This document shows positions 52,692 through 64,000 of a stretch of DNA of 64,000 nucleotides, piece by piece. This DNA is from Phoronis australis (taxonomy: Eukaryota; Animalia; Phoronida): assembly GCA_002633005.1 (NCBI GenBank), contig NMRA01000437.1, positions 92,330-156,329 of the forward strand, given 5' to 3'. Under the pieces are notes generated by a model. That model was not told the DNA's origin. It did no database searches and saw only the letters and a program-made list of their open reading frames with translations. The translations under genes and the position numbers were made by a program. Numbering within the stretch: position 1 is the first letter of the stretch; each line of letters starts with the position of its first letter.

Positions 52692-55600
52692 GTACCTGTG
52701 TGGGGATTATTACTCTCATCATACTGATATCTAAACACAGTTGTTTTTACCTTCATTTCCATGATCAGTTGGTCAATTTACACATCACCCTCTTGCCTAC
52801 TTACATTGGCACAGCGCTTTGGTTGGTCATTTCTCTGACCATATTCAGGTGTTACAATGTTTATAGAAGAACGAGCAGTGGTGTATGGTACACTCATGCT
52901 GATCAATGATGAGAACTATACTTTTTTCCTGGCGAAAGCTGTCTCAAAGTGGTTTTAAAGTCCTTCTCTCACACGTTGTTAACCCTTATTACATGGTTAG
53001 AAGATGTTATAAGGATCCAAGAAGTACCTACCCAAAAACTAATACACGATCCGTACTCGAAAAAAGTTTAAATGAACGCGCCACTCACGATTCGCACCCA
53101 AAAAAACACCGCCATTTTGAACTTGCCGCGAACCCGGAAGTACAAATCATTCAGGAACCCAGGCCGAGAAAACGCCGTCAGTGCGACTGGAGCAGTGCCT
53201 GTACTGTTACCAGCCAGCAAACGGGGATAAAATAATCGACAGCGCGCCTTAATTTTAATAAAATCAAACTACGGAAATTTTATTGAATTTGCTGAAGAAA
53301 TGTGGCGAATAAATTTTGACAGAAATTATTTTGCTAGACTCGTGACCACAGCCTATCGGACCCGGTGCGGATCGAGACCAGACACTGGCGAACGGTGAAT
53401 GCATGCGGTTGCAAGCTGTTTTGTCGAAGTAAAATGGTCAAATGATAAATGCTGCATATATTCAAGGGTAGTTTCAGATACTTGCATGAAATTACGGGCT
53501 GGTTAGTCCTGTGTAACACTGCCGCGGCAGACTTTAGTTAGCCTCAGTCACCAGCAACCAGTGAAGACTATAGTCAAAATACAGCTTGTTAGTAGGCCTA
53601 TACAGGCGTGCGTTCAGTAGACGCTAGGACCTACGCTAGGACCTAGCTAAAACCTAGTCAAAGTCACGTGTTCTTATTCAAAATACACGGCGAAATCTCA
53701 CGTATTCTCGCGAAGTCTTGCTTTTTAGCGAGGTCCTAGCGTTACTGAACGGTAGACAGCTTTGCGCCAAGACTACCCTTAGGCCTAACTGGTCGCTGGC
53801 CACAAACACAAAAAACACGAAAATTGAACAAAGTTTCTTTTTTGTAGCAACGTTTGTCAAAATGTATCAACGTTAAATCTTCACAAATTACAAAGTAGCC
53901 GATTGAACATGCCTTTCAGTTCAGCAAAAGTCGACATTGTAGGTGCCGCCAGAAATGAGACGAAGTCCAACGGGAATTGTGAGCACATTTATCACTTAAT
54001 GAGTAACAACTGCGAGGCTGAAATTTGGTGAACACTGCTAAATCGTGCAGAATAGTAAGTAAAGATATGTCTAACTAAATTTTACCGTAATTTGTTGGCG
54101 AAAACAATTTACACAAAGTTTTAAACTCGTAACTCATCCCGCTGTCCTCCAATATGGCCGACGCGATCCAAACAAAATGACCCAAATTTCGCCACAAAAC
54201 TTGCAATAACTTTACAGTGCTTGCCCCGATTTTGATACTTTTTCGATTTTTACTGAGTAGAATGTACTACCTTTCCGATGATAGCAAAGTACTTTTTCAA
54301 AACGAGGAAAAAAATAAAACCGAAAAAGAATAGGTTCGACCCATATTGGTTCCTAGGTTCGACCGGCCTACGTAAGGAACTAAATACCAATGCTATTTTA
54401 ACATACTAAGTACGCGTAACATTCCAAAAAAAAATCAACGACCACAAACTACAAACTATAAATACACTAAATATGCAAACGAATCACGATATATTACTAA
54501 TAAAACAAAATAATGAAGACTTTTCGAGCAAGCCATAGCACATTCAGTTACAAGGAAAAAATGACGGCGTTCAGGACAAGTTCTTGAACTGATGAGCCGG
54601 AAATGTGGGTACGGAAATAACCGATGACAACCGGTAATCATACGCTCAGAGAGAAGGGTCAAATACGGTTAAAAAATCGCTTTTGGCAAGAAAGGCGAAA
54701 AGAATATAAAGAAAGGGTGTCGAAAATAAGAATTTATGTAGTAAGTATTTTCGGATACTGGAACCACATGGGCAGTTTGCAAGAAGGACTTTAAGAACAC
54801 AAGACAATTATGTGAACTAATGTAGACATCATTAATAGTGCGCAAGGTATGCAGGAAGTTAATGGCTGTCCTACTCTTAAAAAACTTCCTTAAAATGAAC
54901 CATACAATGTTTTCTGCAGTCATGATCTATAGGAGATTCAGGTAATTTTTGAAGTGGCGTGCCGGCTTAATGGAGTAAAGTTCTGTCTGTTGATGATTGT
55001 GAAGGGATCCCTTGCCACCCTCTGTTGTTAAAAGTGAGTCAGACCTCTTTGTCTGCTGCAGTATCTTAAATTATGGCTGGCACCAGTCGTTGTGTTTCCG
55101 TATCTGTAGTCTTTGCAGATGGAGCTTTCTTCCAAGGTTGATCAGTTGCGCCCAAATTTGAAAATTAGCCAGTTTGAAGTTCGTCTCAATTCTTCTAATT
55201 TAGTTATCGCCCAAGGTTGAACACGCACAGCAATTAATTTTGGGAAAATAATTGCCAATATGTATCATCGAGTTGAACTACTTGACCTGAGAAATTAAAT
55301 GGGGAAGACATTCATATAATTCAGGAAGTTGTGCGCGTGGGGTCGTTTTATCTGAAGTGATATTCCTGATCTTAATCTTAATTAATTTTAAGGAAATTGA
55401 ATTCCTGAGTTTGTTCATAAAAGTATTGAAAGGAACATATCATATTTTTGAAATCTTTGATTACCACAGAATCTTTTTATGCTCACAAAATATTGTCTTC
55501 AGGGCCCAGTTGCATGAAATTTATACGCTGTGTAGCAACAATGACGTCGCATTATCACGCGCCACGTTATTGTTGAACACGGAACCTGACATCATGCAAC

Positions 55601-56322
55601 AATCAAACTCATCCAGCGAATAATTTTGAAGTTTTATGCAACCCAGCCTAGATGTTCAATATCATGCATCTGTGTTATTTCTAAAAAATCTGCATTTTGT
55701 AGAGACTCATGATTTCCATAAATATGATTTTTTGTTTGAAACTTGCAAATTTGGTTGTATTCTCTTAGTTACAAAAAAATGTTGCTCAATACAAGAAACC
55801 GACTTATCAAATTTGGTGCGAAAAATTGCCATGTTTCTGTAAAATTCGTTTATCACCATGAAAACTCAACAATCATGTTTTTAGAAGAGATGGAAATTAT
55901 GTAATGGAATTTTGGGCATTGCTTTCGTGCACATAAAAACATGAATCATTTTCTGAGTCTTTTTAATACAGCTTTAAAAGCTATTTTAAGTAATTCAATC
56001 CTAAGTTCTTTCTTGCAATTCATTACATTGTTTGTTGGTTGTTAAGTTGGGACTGTGAACAGTTTTCAAGCTGATGCCATTTGTTATGTTCAATTCTTGT
56101 AAACAAATGCAGCATCACATTTGCAGTGCCACGTCTATAGCTGATTGCTATGGCGGGATGTAGGCACTTGATAAAGCAGGTCCCAACATTTAGGCTCGTA
56201 GACGCTCGTGACTCGATTGTCCTTTGATTTTACAACGATTTTGACATGACGATGTCATTTCAAATGTTTTTACTGATTGGCTTGTGGCCACTCATTAATT
56301 AAAGTAACACTTTTTGTTCTAG

Positions 56323-56469
56323 TTCCTCCGCCTGTAAGGACGGTAAAGTTGGTTGATGGTTTTGCGTCCAATGAAGGGCGTATCGAGGTGTATCATAACG
56401 GCAAGTGGGGGACAATATGTGATGATAGATTTGGAATGCCGGATGCTAACGTTGTGTGTAAAGAATTAG
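56323..56469 (+). CDS. Gene C exon: SRCR1 N-half (VKLVDGFASNEGRIEVYHNGKWGTICDDRFGMPDANVVCKEL)
   Basis: Canonical SRCR signature; ttctag/gtaata; 147 nt, phase 1-1. Confidence 0.95.
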
Positions 56470-56817
56470 GTAATATGTTTGTGTGTGAGTGTGTGTGTGT
56501 GTGTGTGTTGATCTCATAGAAGTTGTGTCCAGTTGGGCAATTACCCTGGTGCAATTCCATTTTTCTAATTTTGGTTGACTACCTTTCTGCAAAATTTGTT
56601 TTTATTACATTTAATGTTGTATATTAAATAAGGTCTAAAATTATCTCAGTTTATTTTATTGTGAGATTTGACTTTACGTCATTCTACCATTAGCATGTGC
56701 TTGGAAATGAGTGAAATATATTGACGAATGGGGATCAAATTTTAAATTATGAGATGTCATGTTTTACCATCTGTTTGTGGATTATCTGCTGGGGACGTAG
56801 TATTCATGACCAACCAT

Positions 56818-57309
56818 CAAGGCTTGTAATTTTCCGCGGAAACGCGGATTTCCGCTTTTTTCAAATGTTCTGTCTGCGCATTTTATTATATTTCCGCGTA
56901 AAAAAAAATCAGATTTGATATAAAATTTCCGCGGCAAATTCCTTTCTTACCGCGGCGTTGCCGATGACATTCACCTCGAAAAGCAGAAGTTGCTCTTTAT
57001 GTTTCGGAGGAGCATAAATTGTCAACATTGCCGGGGCATCTGGGATTTTCAATGGCATCTCGTGTTATTGTAAACCGCGGTGACAAATACTACGGCTCTG
57101 CAGCCAAAAATGTGTGGGGGTGGGAATGGATGGACTAGCTAAAAAGGCGCAGACGCATGCTACTGATGGTGGTAACATTTTTTTTTTATTTTATTTTTTT
57201 TTTAAATTTTTAGTCCTCCCGATTTTTGTCGGCGAAAGGTTCACATCAACTACTGGGTAGCGTGCATGTTTTGGGCCGCGTTTTTTGTCATTGGTCATTC
57301 CAAGCCCTG
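56818..57309. mobile_element. hAT-like MITE with apparent 6-bp TSD
   Basis: Termini caaggcttgtaat / attccaagccctg; aaccat on both flanks; related termini at ~28616-28862. Confidence 0.6.
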
Positions 57310-57391
57310 AACCATACATCTGTATCTCATACAATGATGTTGATGCGACATGTCTAAAAAGTTGTTTTTAGTTTTGTTCATGTGCCGTTGA

Positions 57392-57944
57392 ATTGAATCA
57401 ATGCCAGGCTTTGTGTGGATGAGACTTAGGGGCAACTCCAGGTGCCAGCCTGGGTCAGTTTTGGTGACCTTGGCCTCACTTTCAAGGTCGTATTGAGAAA
57501 ATCAAGTTTTGACTTTGGAAATATTGGGCGTGCGAGGGAGCTTTAGATTTTGTTCTGAGACGTATTTCGATGTTCTCCAGTTGCCAGTCAATTTAATAGA
57601 TTTGGCTTCTTTTTCAAGGTCACAGCAGGAAGATCAAGTTTTTACTNGGACATGCGCAATCGTTAAATCGATTCGGTTGCAACTCCGCTATTGAATCAAT
57701 GCCAGGCTTTGTGTGGATGAGACTTAGGGGCAACTCCAGGTGCCAGCCTGGGTCAGTTTTGGTGACCTTGGCCTCACTTTCAAGGTCGTATTGAGAAAAT
57801 CAAGTTTTGACTTTGGAAATATTGGGCGTGCGAGGGAGCTTTAGATTTTGTTCTGAGACGTATTTCGATGTTCTCCAGTTGCCAGTCAATTTAATAGATT
57901 TGGCTTCTTTTTCAAGGTCACAGCAGGAAGATCAAGTTTTTACT
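57392..57944. repeat. Apparently exact 255-bp direct duplication spanning an N (probable assembly overlap)
   Basis: 57392-57646 matches 57690-57944; n at 57647. Confidence 0.85.
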
Positions 57945-58421
57945 TAAAACATTGCTGCAGTGCAATATCCCTAGAAAGAAACTTTACATTTGGTTGATAA
58001 GGTGCCCACAGGTGTAGTAGGTGGGCCTTCTTCAGGGGCCAATCGATTTTTGCACTCTTTTCCAGATCATGAGCCGGTATGCTTTAGATTGAATTCATAT
58101 TTTGCTCAAAGAAGTAGGTGAGGAGTCTCCAGGTAGAAGTTGGTTTTGGTGACCTTGAGATCCGCACAAGCGACTCTAAACTTTCATTGGACCATGCAAT
58201 TGATCAAAGTTCTTTGAAAGACGCGTTGGTGATCTGATAACAAGAGCTTGTTGTCATTACAATTATTTCTCATCGTTGAAGATTTCCAACGTCTTGTTAG
58301 GCCTAGAATTGTCGGAGCATACCGCCGTTAATCTGAACATTGTTGCTACCACTTTTTCAAGCGCTGAACACTGATTTTGAATCTTTGAATATCAAATATC
58401 TTTCCCTTTGGCATTTTTTAG

Positions 58422-58544
58422 GTTTTTCCAGCGCACATAGGGTTCATGGTAACTCTTTCTTTGGGCCAGGTCAAGGTGTCATTTGGCTGGATGATGTAGA
58501 GTGCTTTGGGTTTGAGTCCAGTATCAAGAATTGTAGACACGGAG
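58422..58544 (+). CDS. Gene C exon: SRCR1 middle (FSSAHRVHGNSFFGPGQGVIWLDDVECFGFESSIKNCRHG)
   Basis: FG.G.G.IWLDDV.C.G.E; ttttag/gtgagt; 123 nt, phase 1-1. Confidence 0.95.
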
Positions 58545-58848
58545 GTGAGTTGCTGAGGATGTTTGCCATCAGTGACTCCTTCATTATATGCTTTTAATTA
58601 TTGCATATTGGCTGATTACTAAGGTTCCTACTGATGGAAAACCTAAAGAACCACCGTGAAAATTCGACTCCACAATTGACCTGTTAATACATGCGTTGAC
58701 TGTAAATTTACAAATTTGTACTTGAATCAGGCAGCGTGGTTGGTTGAATTCCCGTCTGAGTCGAAGCCAAGCCTGAGATCCTGAACTCTGGTGTTTATAA
58801 GTAGCACCAAGCTGTTTTTAATTCAATATCATATTGCACATGCTCCAG

Positions 58849-59034
58849 GATGGGGGGTCCATAACTGCGAGGAAGACCACTCTGAGGACGCTGGCGTGAA
58901 CTGCACCATAACTGAAGGTGCTGGAAGAATACGCTTGAAGGATGGGGACTCGAGGAAGATGGGGCGACTAGAAGTATGGCATAATGATACATGGGGCACA
59001 GTCTGTGATAAAGGATTCACCTGGAGAGAAGCCA
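58849..59034 (+). CDS. Gene C exon: SRCR1 end plus SRCR2 start (WGVHNCEEDHSEDAGVNC...IRLKDG...GRLEVWHNDTWGTVCDKGFTWREA)
   Basis: SRCR motifs; ctccag/gtatgt; 186 nt, phase 1-1. Confidence 0.95.
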
Positions 59035-59651
59035 GTATGTAGTGTAGACAATCGTCTTCTGTGATGGTATACACACGTGGGGGAAACAAACTGTTACCAC
59101 AGGCTACAGCTTTACCACGAACCTGAACTCTGACCGCACTCGCACTCTTACCATGAAAATTTTTTGTACAGTTCTCGTGAATGAAGTCGCGAAGTTCCAT
59201 AAAACGTATTACAAATCTCTGATTTCAGACCACAGGTCAGTGGTGTTTGACTGTCAATTGTTCAGAGTGAGAGTGCTTTACGCTCAGAGTTTTACGTGTG
59301 TGGTGTTTTGATGAAGATGGTAAATGCACCAAGTTTGTGACATGAGTTCCGCAGCTCTTGGTAAAATGTTGTTTCCATCCCCTAACAGTAGTTTTCATTA
59401 TAAAAACAAACTTCAATATTGGTATATTTTCAGTTCAGAGCTTGTGACTGACAAAGTTTATTTCATGTGCCTGTGTCATACACTTACTAATTTAAAACTT
59501 ACAGATGCCATCATGGCATCTCTAAGTTATGGTATTTAATTTTGCTGCACCCTTTTGTGGCCTTCTAAAACAATCATAATTGTTGATCACTCTTTGTATC
59601 TTTGCTGTTTGTGATGTACTCTGTGAGCATTGCTTTTGTTTCACTCTTCAG

Positions 59652-59824
59652 ATGTTGTCTGTCGTCAGTTGGGACACTCGGCAGCCTCTGATATGCGACG
59701 TTTTATTCAGACAAGTGACTCAGTACCAATCTGGTTAGACATGGTGCGTTGTCTTGGTAATGAGTCATCAATCACTCATTGCAACCACGCCCCTTGGGGA
59801 GTATCTACGTGTGATCATGGCCGG
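59652..59824 (+). CDS. Gene C exon: SRCR2 (VVCRQLG...PIWLDMVRCLGNESSITHCNHAPWGVSTCDHGR)
   Basis: SRCR motifs; cttcag/gtaagc; 173 nt, phase 1-0. Confidence 0.95.
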
Positions 59825-60734
59825 GTAAGCTAATAGCCTCGTTTTAGCCCTCCAGTACACAATCAACTTTGTGCAAGCCAATGATGCTGTCAAGTTCATG
59901 ACTTTATTCTGTCTTTTCCTTATTTCGAAAGTCATGTGAGTTAACTTGCCTGATAGGTGTTGCATCAGTGTTACGCATTTACTCATAAATGAACACCAGT
60001 GCAGTATATGCGGACAATGAGATTTATAATGTGTTCGTTGTTGCCCAGACGACAGCAGCACGGACAGTTACTGTGATGAGGGGACTAGTCTGTGCCTTCG
60101 TTGGTAGGACCAGCATTTGTTGCTAAGTTACTTGGCGTCATTTCCATGACCAATCACAAGTCAAAAGGTATCGAAGTCGACTGGTCCTGCTTGACTTAAT
60201 TTGAGCTGTGTATTTGGATCGCCTAATACTGTAAAACTGATTGAAAGAGATGTATAATTCAAAACCAAAAGTAGGGATGACAAGTTAGACCAAGATATAT
60301 TACCGGTATGTCTGAAATAAAGTAAACCTTACTTCATAGTAAGGAAAATCTGTGTTATAGATTACATGAAATAGTGGTAACTTTCCATTGTCATGGTAAT
60401 GCAACTATGTGTTAATGAAAAACTTTGTGGCTGGTACAGTAAACGCCAAAAATGTTCAGATAGAATAGCATGGTATTCTCCATCATTGCTTGACAGTCAT
60501 GCACTTGAGTTGGAGTTATGTGCCCTTGTTTTTAGGGTGTAGGCAAAATGGTCAAGGATTCTCAAAGTCTTGTTGTGTTTTGTTTTTGCAACCAAGGGTA
60601 GTTTTATAGTTACCTAATTTGCTTAATTTTTGTTTTATGATGAGGAGTGTTATCTGCAGGTAATTTAAGCGTTCAAGTCTTATTTTGCGTGACTGTCTAG
60701 AATGTGTTGATAGCTGTACTCTTATTCTATGCAG

Positions 60735-60857
60735 GATGTGGGCATTGTATGTGAAGACATCACTGGGCCACCAGATGGCACTGTGAGACTTGTTGATGGC
60801 CATCACCCTCCGCGTGATGGACGTGTTGAAATTTATCACAACTTTCAGTGGGGAACC
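60735..60857 (+). CDS. Gene C exon: SRCR2 end plus SRCR3 start (DVGIVCEDITGPPDGTVRLVDGHHPPRDGRVEIYHNFQWGT)
   Basis: atgcag/gtaagt; 123 nt, phase 0-0. Confidence 0.93.
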
Positions 60858-61021
60858 GTAAGTAGTTAATTTAGGTTAACTCATTTATGCAAATGAATTC
60901 AAAACACTTCATGTACTCAACTTTCTTATCAGTGCTTATCAAAAACATGCTATGAACATTCCCACTAAATAAAATTGGTTCTAACCCCAGTGGTTAAGGT
61001 AAACGGTGGGGTATGGAAAAT

Positions 61022-62436
61022 TGAACTAGACCGTATTTATCCACCTTGGCTGAGTCGCACTCGGCTCACGATCAAAGGGATGCCGCCAAGCTGCTCTAGT
61101 CATCGAGTCACGAGCGAGGATAATTGGCTTCGCTCATGCGGATATGATCAGCTGATTACAATCTAGCTAGCAGACTGTACTTTTTATGGAGAGAGTTTTA
61201 CGTAGTTTTTACTGTAATATTTGAAAAGAGGAGCGAAAACAAATATGAGTACAACTTTGAATTTTTCAAATCGGCCCAGGATAAGAGATTTTGCAACACA
61301 GCAACACTCACGATTACTTTCATTCGGCGCGCACTAATACAAAAATATAGGACCCAAGTTATTTAGATTTTGGAACACATGCATTGCAATATTCAAAATA
61401 CGTTTATTATGAATCTTACAAGCTGTAAAACGACGTTGTTAATTTCATTGTGTTCATTCATTGTCATCCGTCAAATCGGCAATTTCCGAGATGTGATCTG
61501 CGGCGTGCGCGTATGTGTACAAAACACGTGATTGTTATGTTCCTGAAGTACGAAAATTAAGAAGGCTTTAACATGCCGTTATTATTGACAGGGACACGAT
61601 AAAACGAATTTGGATTTTGACTATAGTCTTGATACAGCGATCTGACTGACCACTGCGTCAGTGTCTCCGTTAGACCCAGAAATTTCACACAGCCCGGGTA
61701 GTTCATTTCGTCCCCAACATGTAGATCGAGCCTTGGACTATTAATACTCCACGGCAGAGCTAACGACAGTCGGCCTGTGCACACAAAATCTGTGAGTTAA
61801 CCAGCACTCACCTTGCACGTTACAGCCGTTTAAGTGAAAAACAATCTAGTAAACGCCATTTTCTTGCATAATCCTCCGCCTTTTGTAACAAAAAAGTCTA
61901 TCGTCGATGACCCGCACACGCACGCTCACTCACTCTCATACACAGACGACCTTCAAAACAAACGTCACGTGACAACAACATGTGTGTTCATCCAGAGATT
62001 TTTCTCTTGTTGTGGTGTACGATGTAGCGCACATTTGGACTTAATCGCAATTAATCTGGACTCCACGTGAACTTTAAAAAATGTAAAACATCAGGAAGAT
62101 TTCAGATAATTTGTTGAGTCCAAACTATATTTTTATTCAAGAGTACAAGTTTTGCTATTGACGATGGCGATTCAGCGGCGACTCATCAGTCGGCAAGTTT
62201 TCGCCCTGTGATGAGCACAATTTTTTGAAAACTTATTGTAATTTAACAACGGAAGTTCATAGCAATGCACCACAATTTTCTAGAAAGACTGTCATAGGCT
62301 AAAAATTCGTCACAAAGCGTAAATTTTATGAACCCTAGCTTCCGATTTTACCCGTCTTTCAACTGCCGTAGGCTACAATAAGAATCCCCTTCCCTGTGAA
62401 ATGATTTTTTCTAAGCGTTTATTAGAGCCAATACAC
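61022..62436 (-). mobile_element. Inverted second copy of the composite repeat at 48293-49971
   Basis: tgaactagaccgtatttatccaccttggctg is the reverse complement of 49941-49971; 61920-62436 matches the pogo-like left part. Confidence 0.75.
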
Positions 62437-62922
62437 TATACAGCTTTCCACCAAGGCTAGGTGATACTACGACATCTTTGTTGCATTAGTAACTGGTCTT
62501 GGCTAATATTATCATTTTATGGCCTGGTCATCCATTCAGCCAAAAGTAGTTCCAGAAGTGGCTTATCAGCCAATTATTCACGCATGCTGACTCACAATAG
62601 AAGCCTGATAAGAGTGAAGGTGGATAAATGCGGTGTTCCTACAGTTTATTGTTTTAGTAGATGTGTTCACGACATGAAGATTGGATGAAAGGTTGAAACT
62701 CGTGTCAATTTTATTATTACTGTTTTTCATTTTCAGACTCGAGTCTGGATTGTTGGGGCACATTAATGAATAGTGTACTAATTAAAATAGTAGTAATTAC
62801 GGCTAACTTTGCTAAAAGTGAACTTACAACCATAGGTAACATGGGCTTTTGGACGTGTATTGTAAACAAGAATGTTTCATTGTTCTTTTTGTGAAATTTA
62901 AGATAATTTACATACTCGGCAG

Positions 62923-63054
62923 GTTTGTAACCACCAGTGGGATCTGACAGATACCAATGTCGTCTGCCGGCAGCTGAAGCTAGGTCCAACCAATCAGACG
63001 TTTGCTGCAGGGATCCCACCGGGGAAAGAAACAACTCTGGTGTGGATACAGGCA
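62923..63054 (+). CDS. Gene C exon: SRCR3 (VCNHQWDLTDTNVVCRQLKLGPTNQTFAAGIPPGKETTLVWIQA)
   Basis: VC...W...D..VVCRQL; cggcag/gtaagt; 132 nt, phase 0-0. Confidence 0.92.
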
Positions 63055-63335
63055 GTAAGTAGGTGCAAGTCGTAAAAAGTCTCTCGGATGATCATTATCC
63101 TCATGGAACAGTGTTGCCTCATTTTTGTGTTCATTAATTAACTGATTTTAATATTATTACTTCGTTTTAGTTGAAATCATCACGGAACGAGTTTTAATGC
63201 AATCACTTGTCTCATCGCAAATGTCCTTTCATTATTGCACTGACATTTGTTTCAAAATTGAGGGCTTGATGTACCTGACTGGTGATGCATCTGAACATTC
63301 GATATCCAATTTGATTTTTGCTAAATGGTTTACAG

Positions 63336-63438
63336 GTAGCGTGCTCAGGCAATGAAGAAAGACTTACAGAATGTAGTCACTCAGGATTTGGCAATGCTCA
63401 TTGTACACACAACGAAGATGTTGCAATAGCTTGCGGTG
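63336..63438 (+). CDS. Gene C exon: SRCR3 end (VACSGNEERLTECSHSGFGNAHCTHNEDVAIACG); gene continues beyond the window
   Basis: V.C.G.E..L..C.H...G...C.H.EDV...C; ttacag/gtaagt; 103 nt, phase 0-1. Confidence 0.93.
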
Positions 63439-64000
63439 GTAAGTGCTTGTCAGTAGACTGTGTCTCTTGAAAACTGCTAGACCCTTGTGTATTTACTCAC
63501 AGTAGTTGAATCCTATGGTAAACGTTATTCACCTTTAGAACTTCGTATGAGGAACAGTGAGTTATCAAAATTTTAAAAAAATAAACCGGAAAATTTAACT
63601 TCTTTTTGACATACTTTATTTTGTGCAGCTGTCATAAAAACACACCTTGAAATTTGAATATTTCTATGTACCTAATATTTATAATTAATGTGGATGCATT
63701 ATGATATCGTCACCTGCTGCTGTATCTCCAAAACCTCTTGGTGGATGTTAGTGAAATTTTTCAGACATGTTTCTATCATGGATGGGACAACAGGAGCAAA
63801 TTTTTGGATGGATTCGACTACTGTTGTAACCTCTAGTGGCAATTTCAGGTTTTTAGGTTAGACTCTGTAGGTTTTGAAGTTCCATTATGACTGATTTTCA
63901 TGAAATTTGGCAGATGGATTCAACATGTTTTGTGCCAACTGGTGGCCGTTTTTATTGTTTTTGAGACTGTCTTTTGGTGTCTAACTCTTAATCGGCCAAA

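Noticed and set aside
52979-54980. piggyBac-like element (TTAACCC start)
   Set aside because: No convincing matching right TIR or TTAA found
57392-57944. 255-bp direct duplication as a biological tandem repeat
   Set aside because: The copies look identical and are separated by an n, typical of a contig-overlap artefact

Overview
AT-rich, intron-rich eukaryotic DNA, most consistent with a marine invertebrate (inferred from MAM/SRCR genes and Penelope, pogo-like and Kolobok-like repeats; the species cannot be assigned). Most short ORFs in the track are noise. Manual splicing yields four genes, all with N-terminal signal-peptide-like sequences. (A) A minus-strand two-MAM-domain gene (exons 14629 down to 736) whose second MAM domain seems to lack its middle exons. 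(B1, B2) Two tandemly duplicated minus-strand 527-aa genes (27752..23416 and 36632..32557), each a signal-peptide exon plus one 1496-nt exon encoding four ~120-aa Trp-rich repeats of a family I cannot name. (C) A plus-strand SP-LDLa-MAM-SRCR-SRCR-SRCR gene (41362..63438) that continues past the window. The main candidate system is the B1/B2 pair: about 88% identical, yet B2 carries about +19 extra net charge. Both share a TATA box plus a DR1 (HNF4/COUP-TF/RXR-type) promoter element, and only B2 is flanked by an LTR with clustered heat-shock elements pointing antisense into it. All coordinates, counts and alignments were done by eye.
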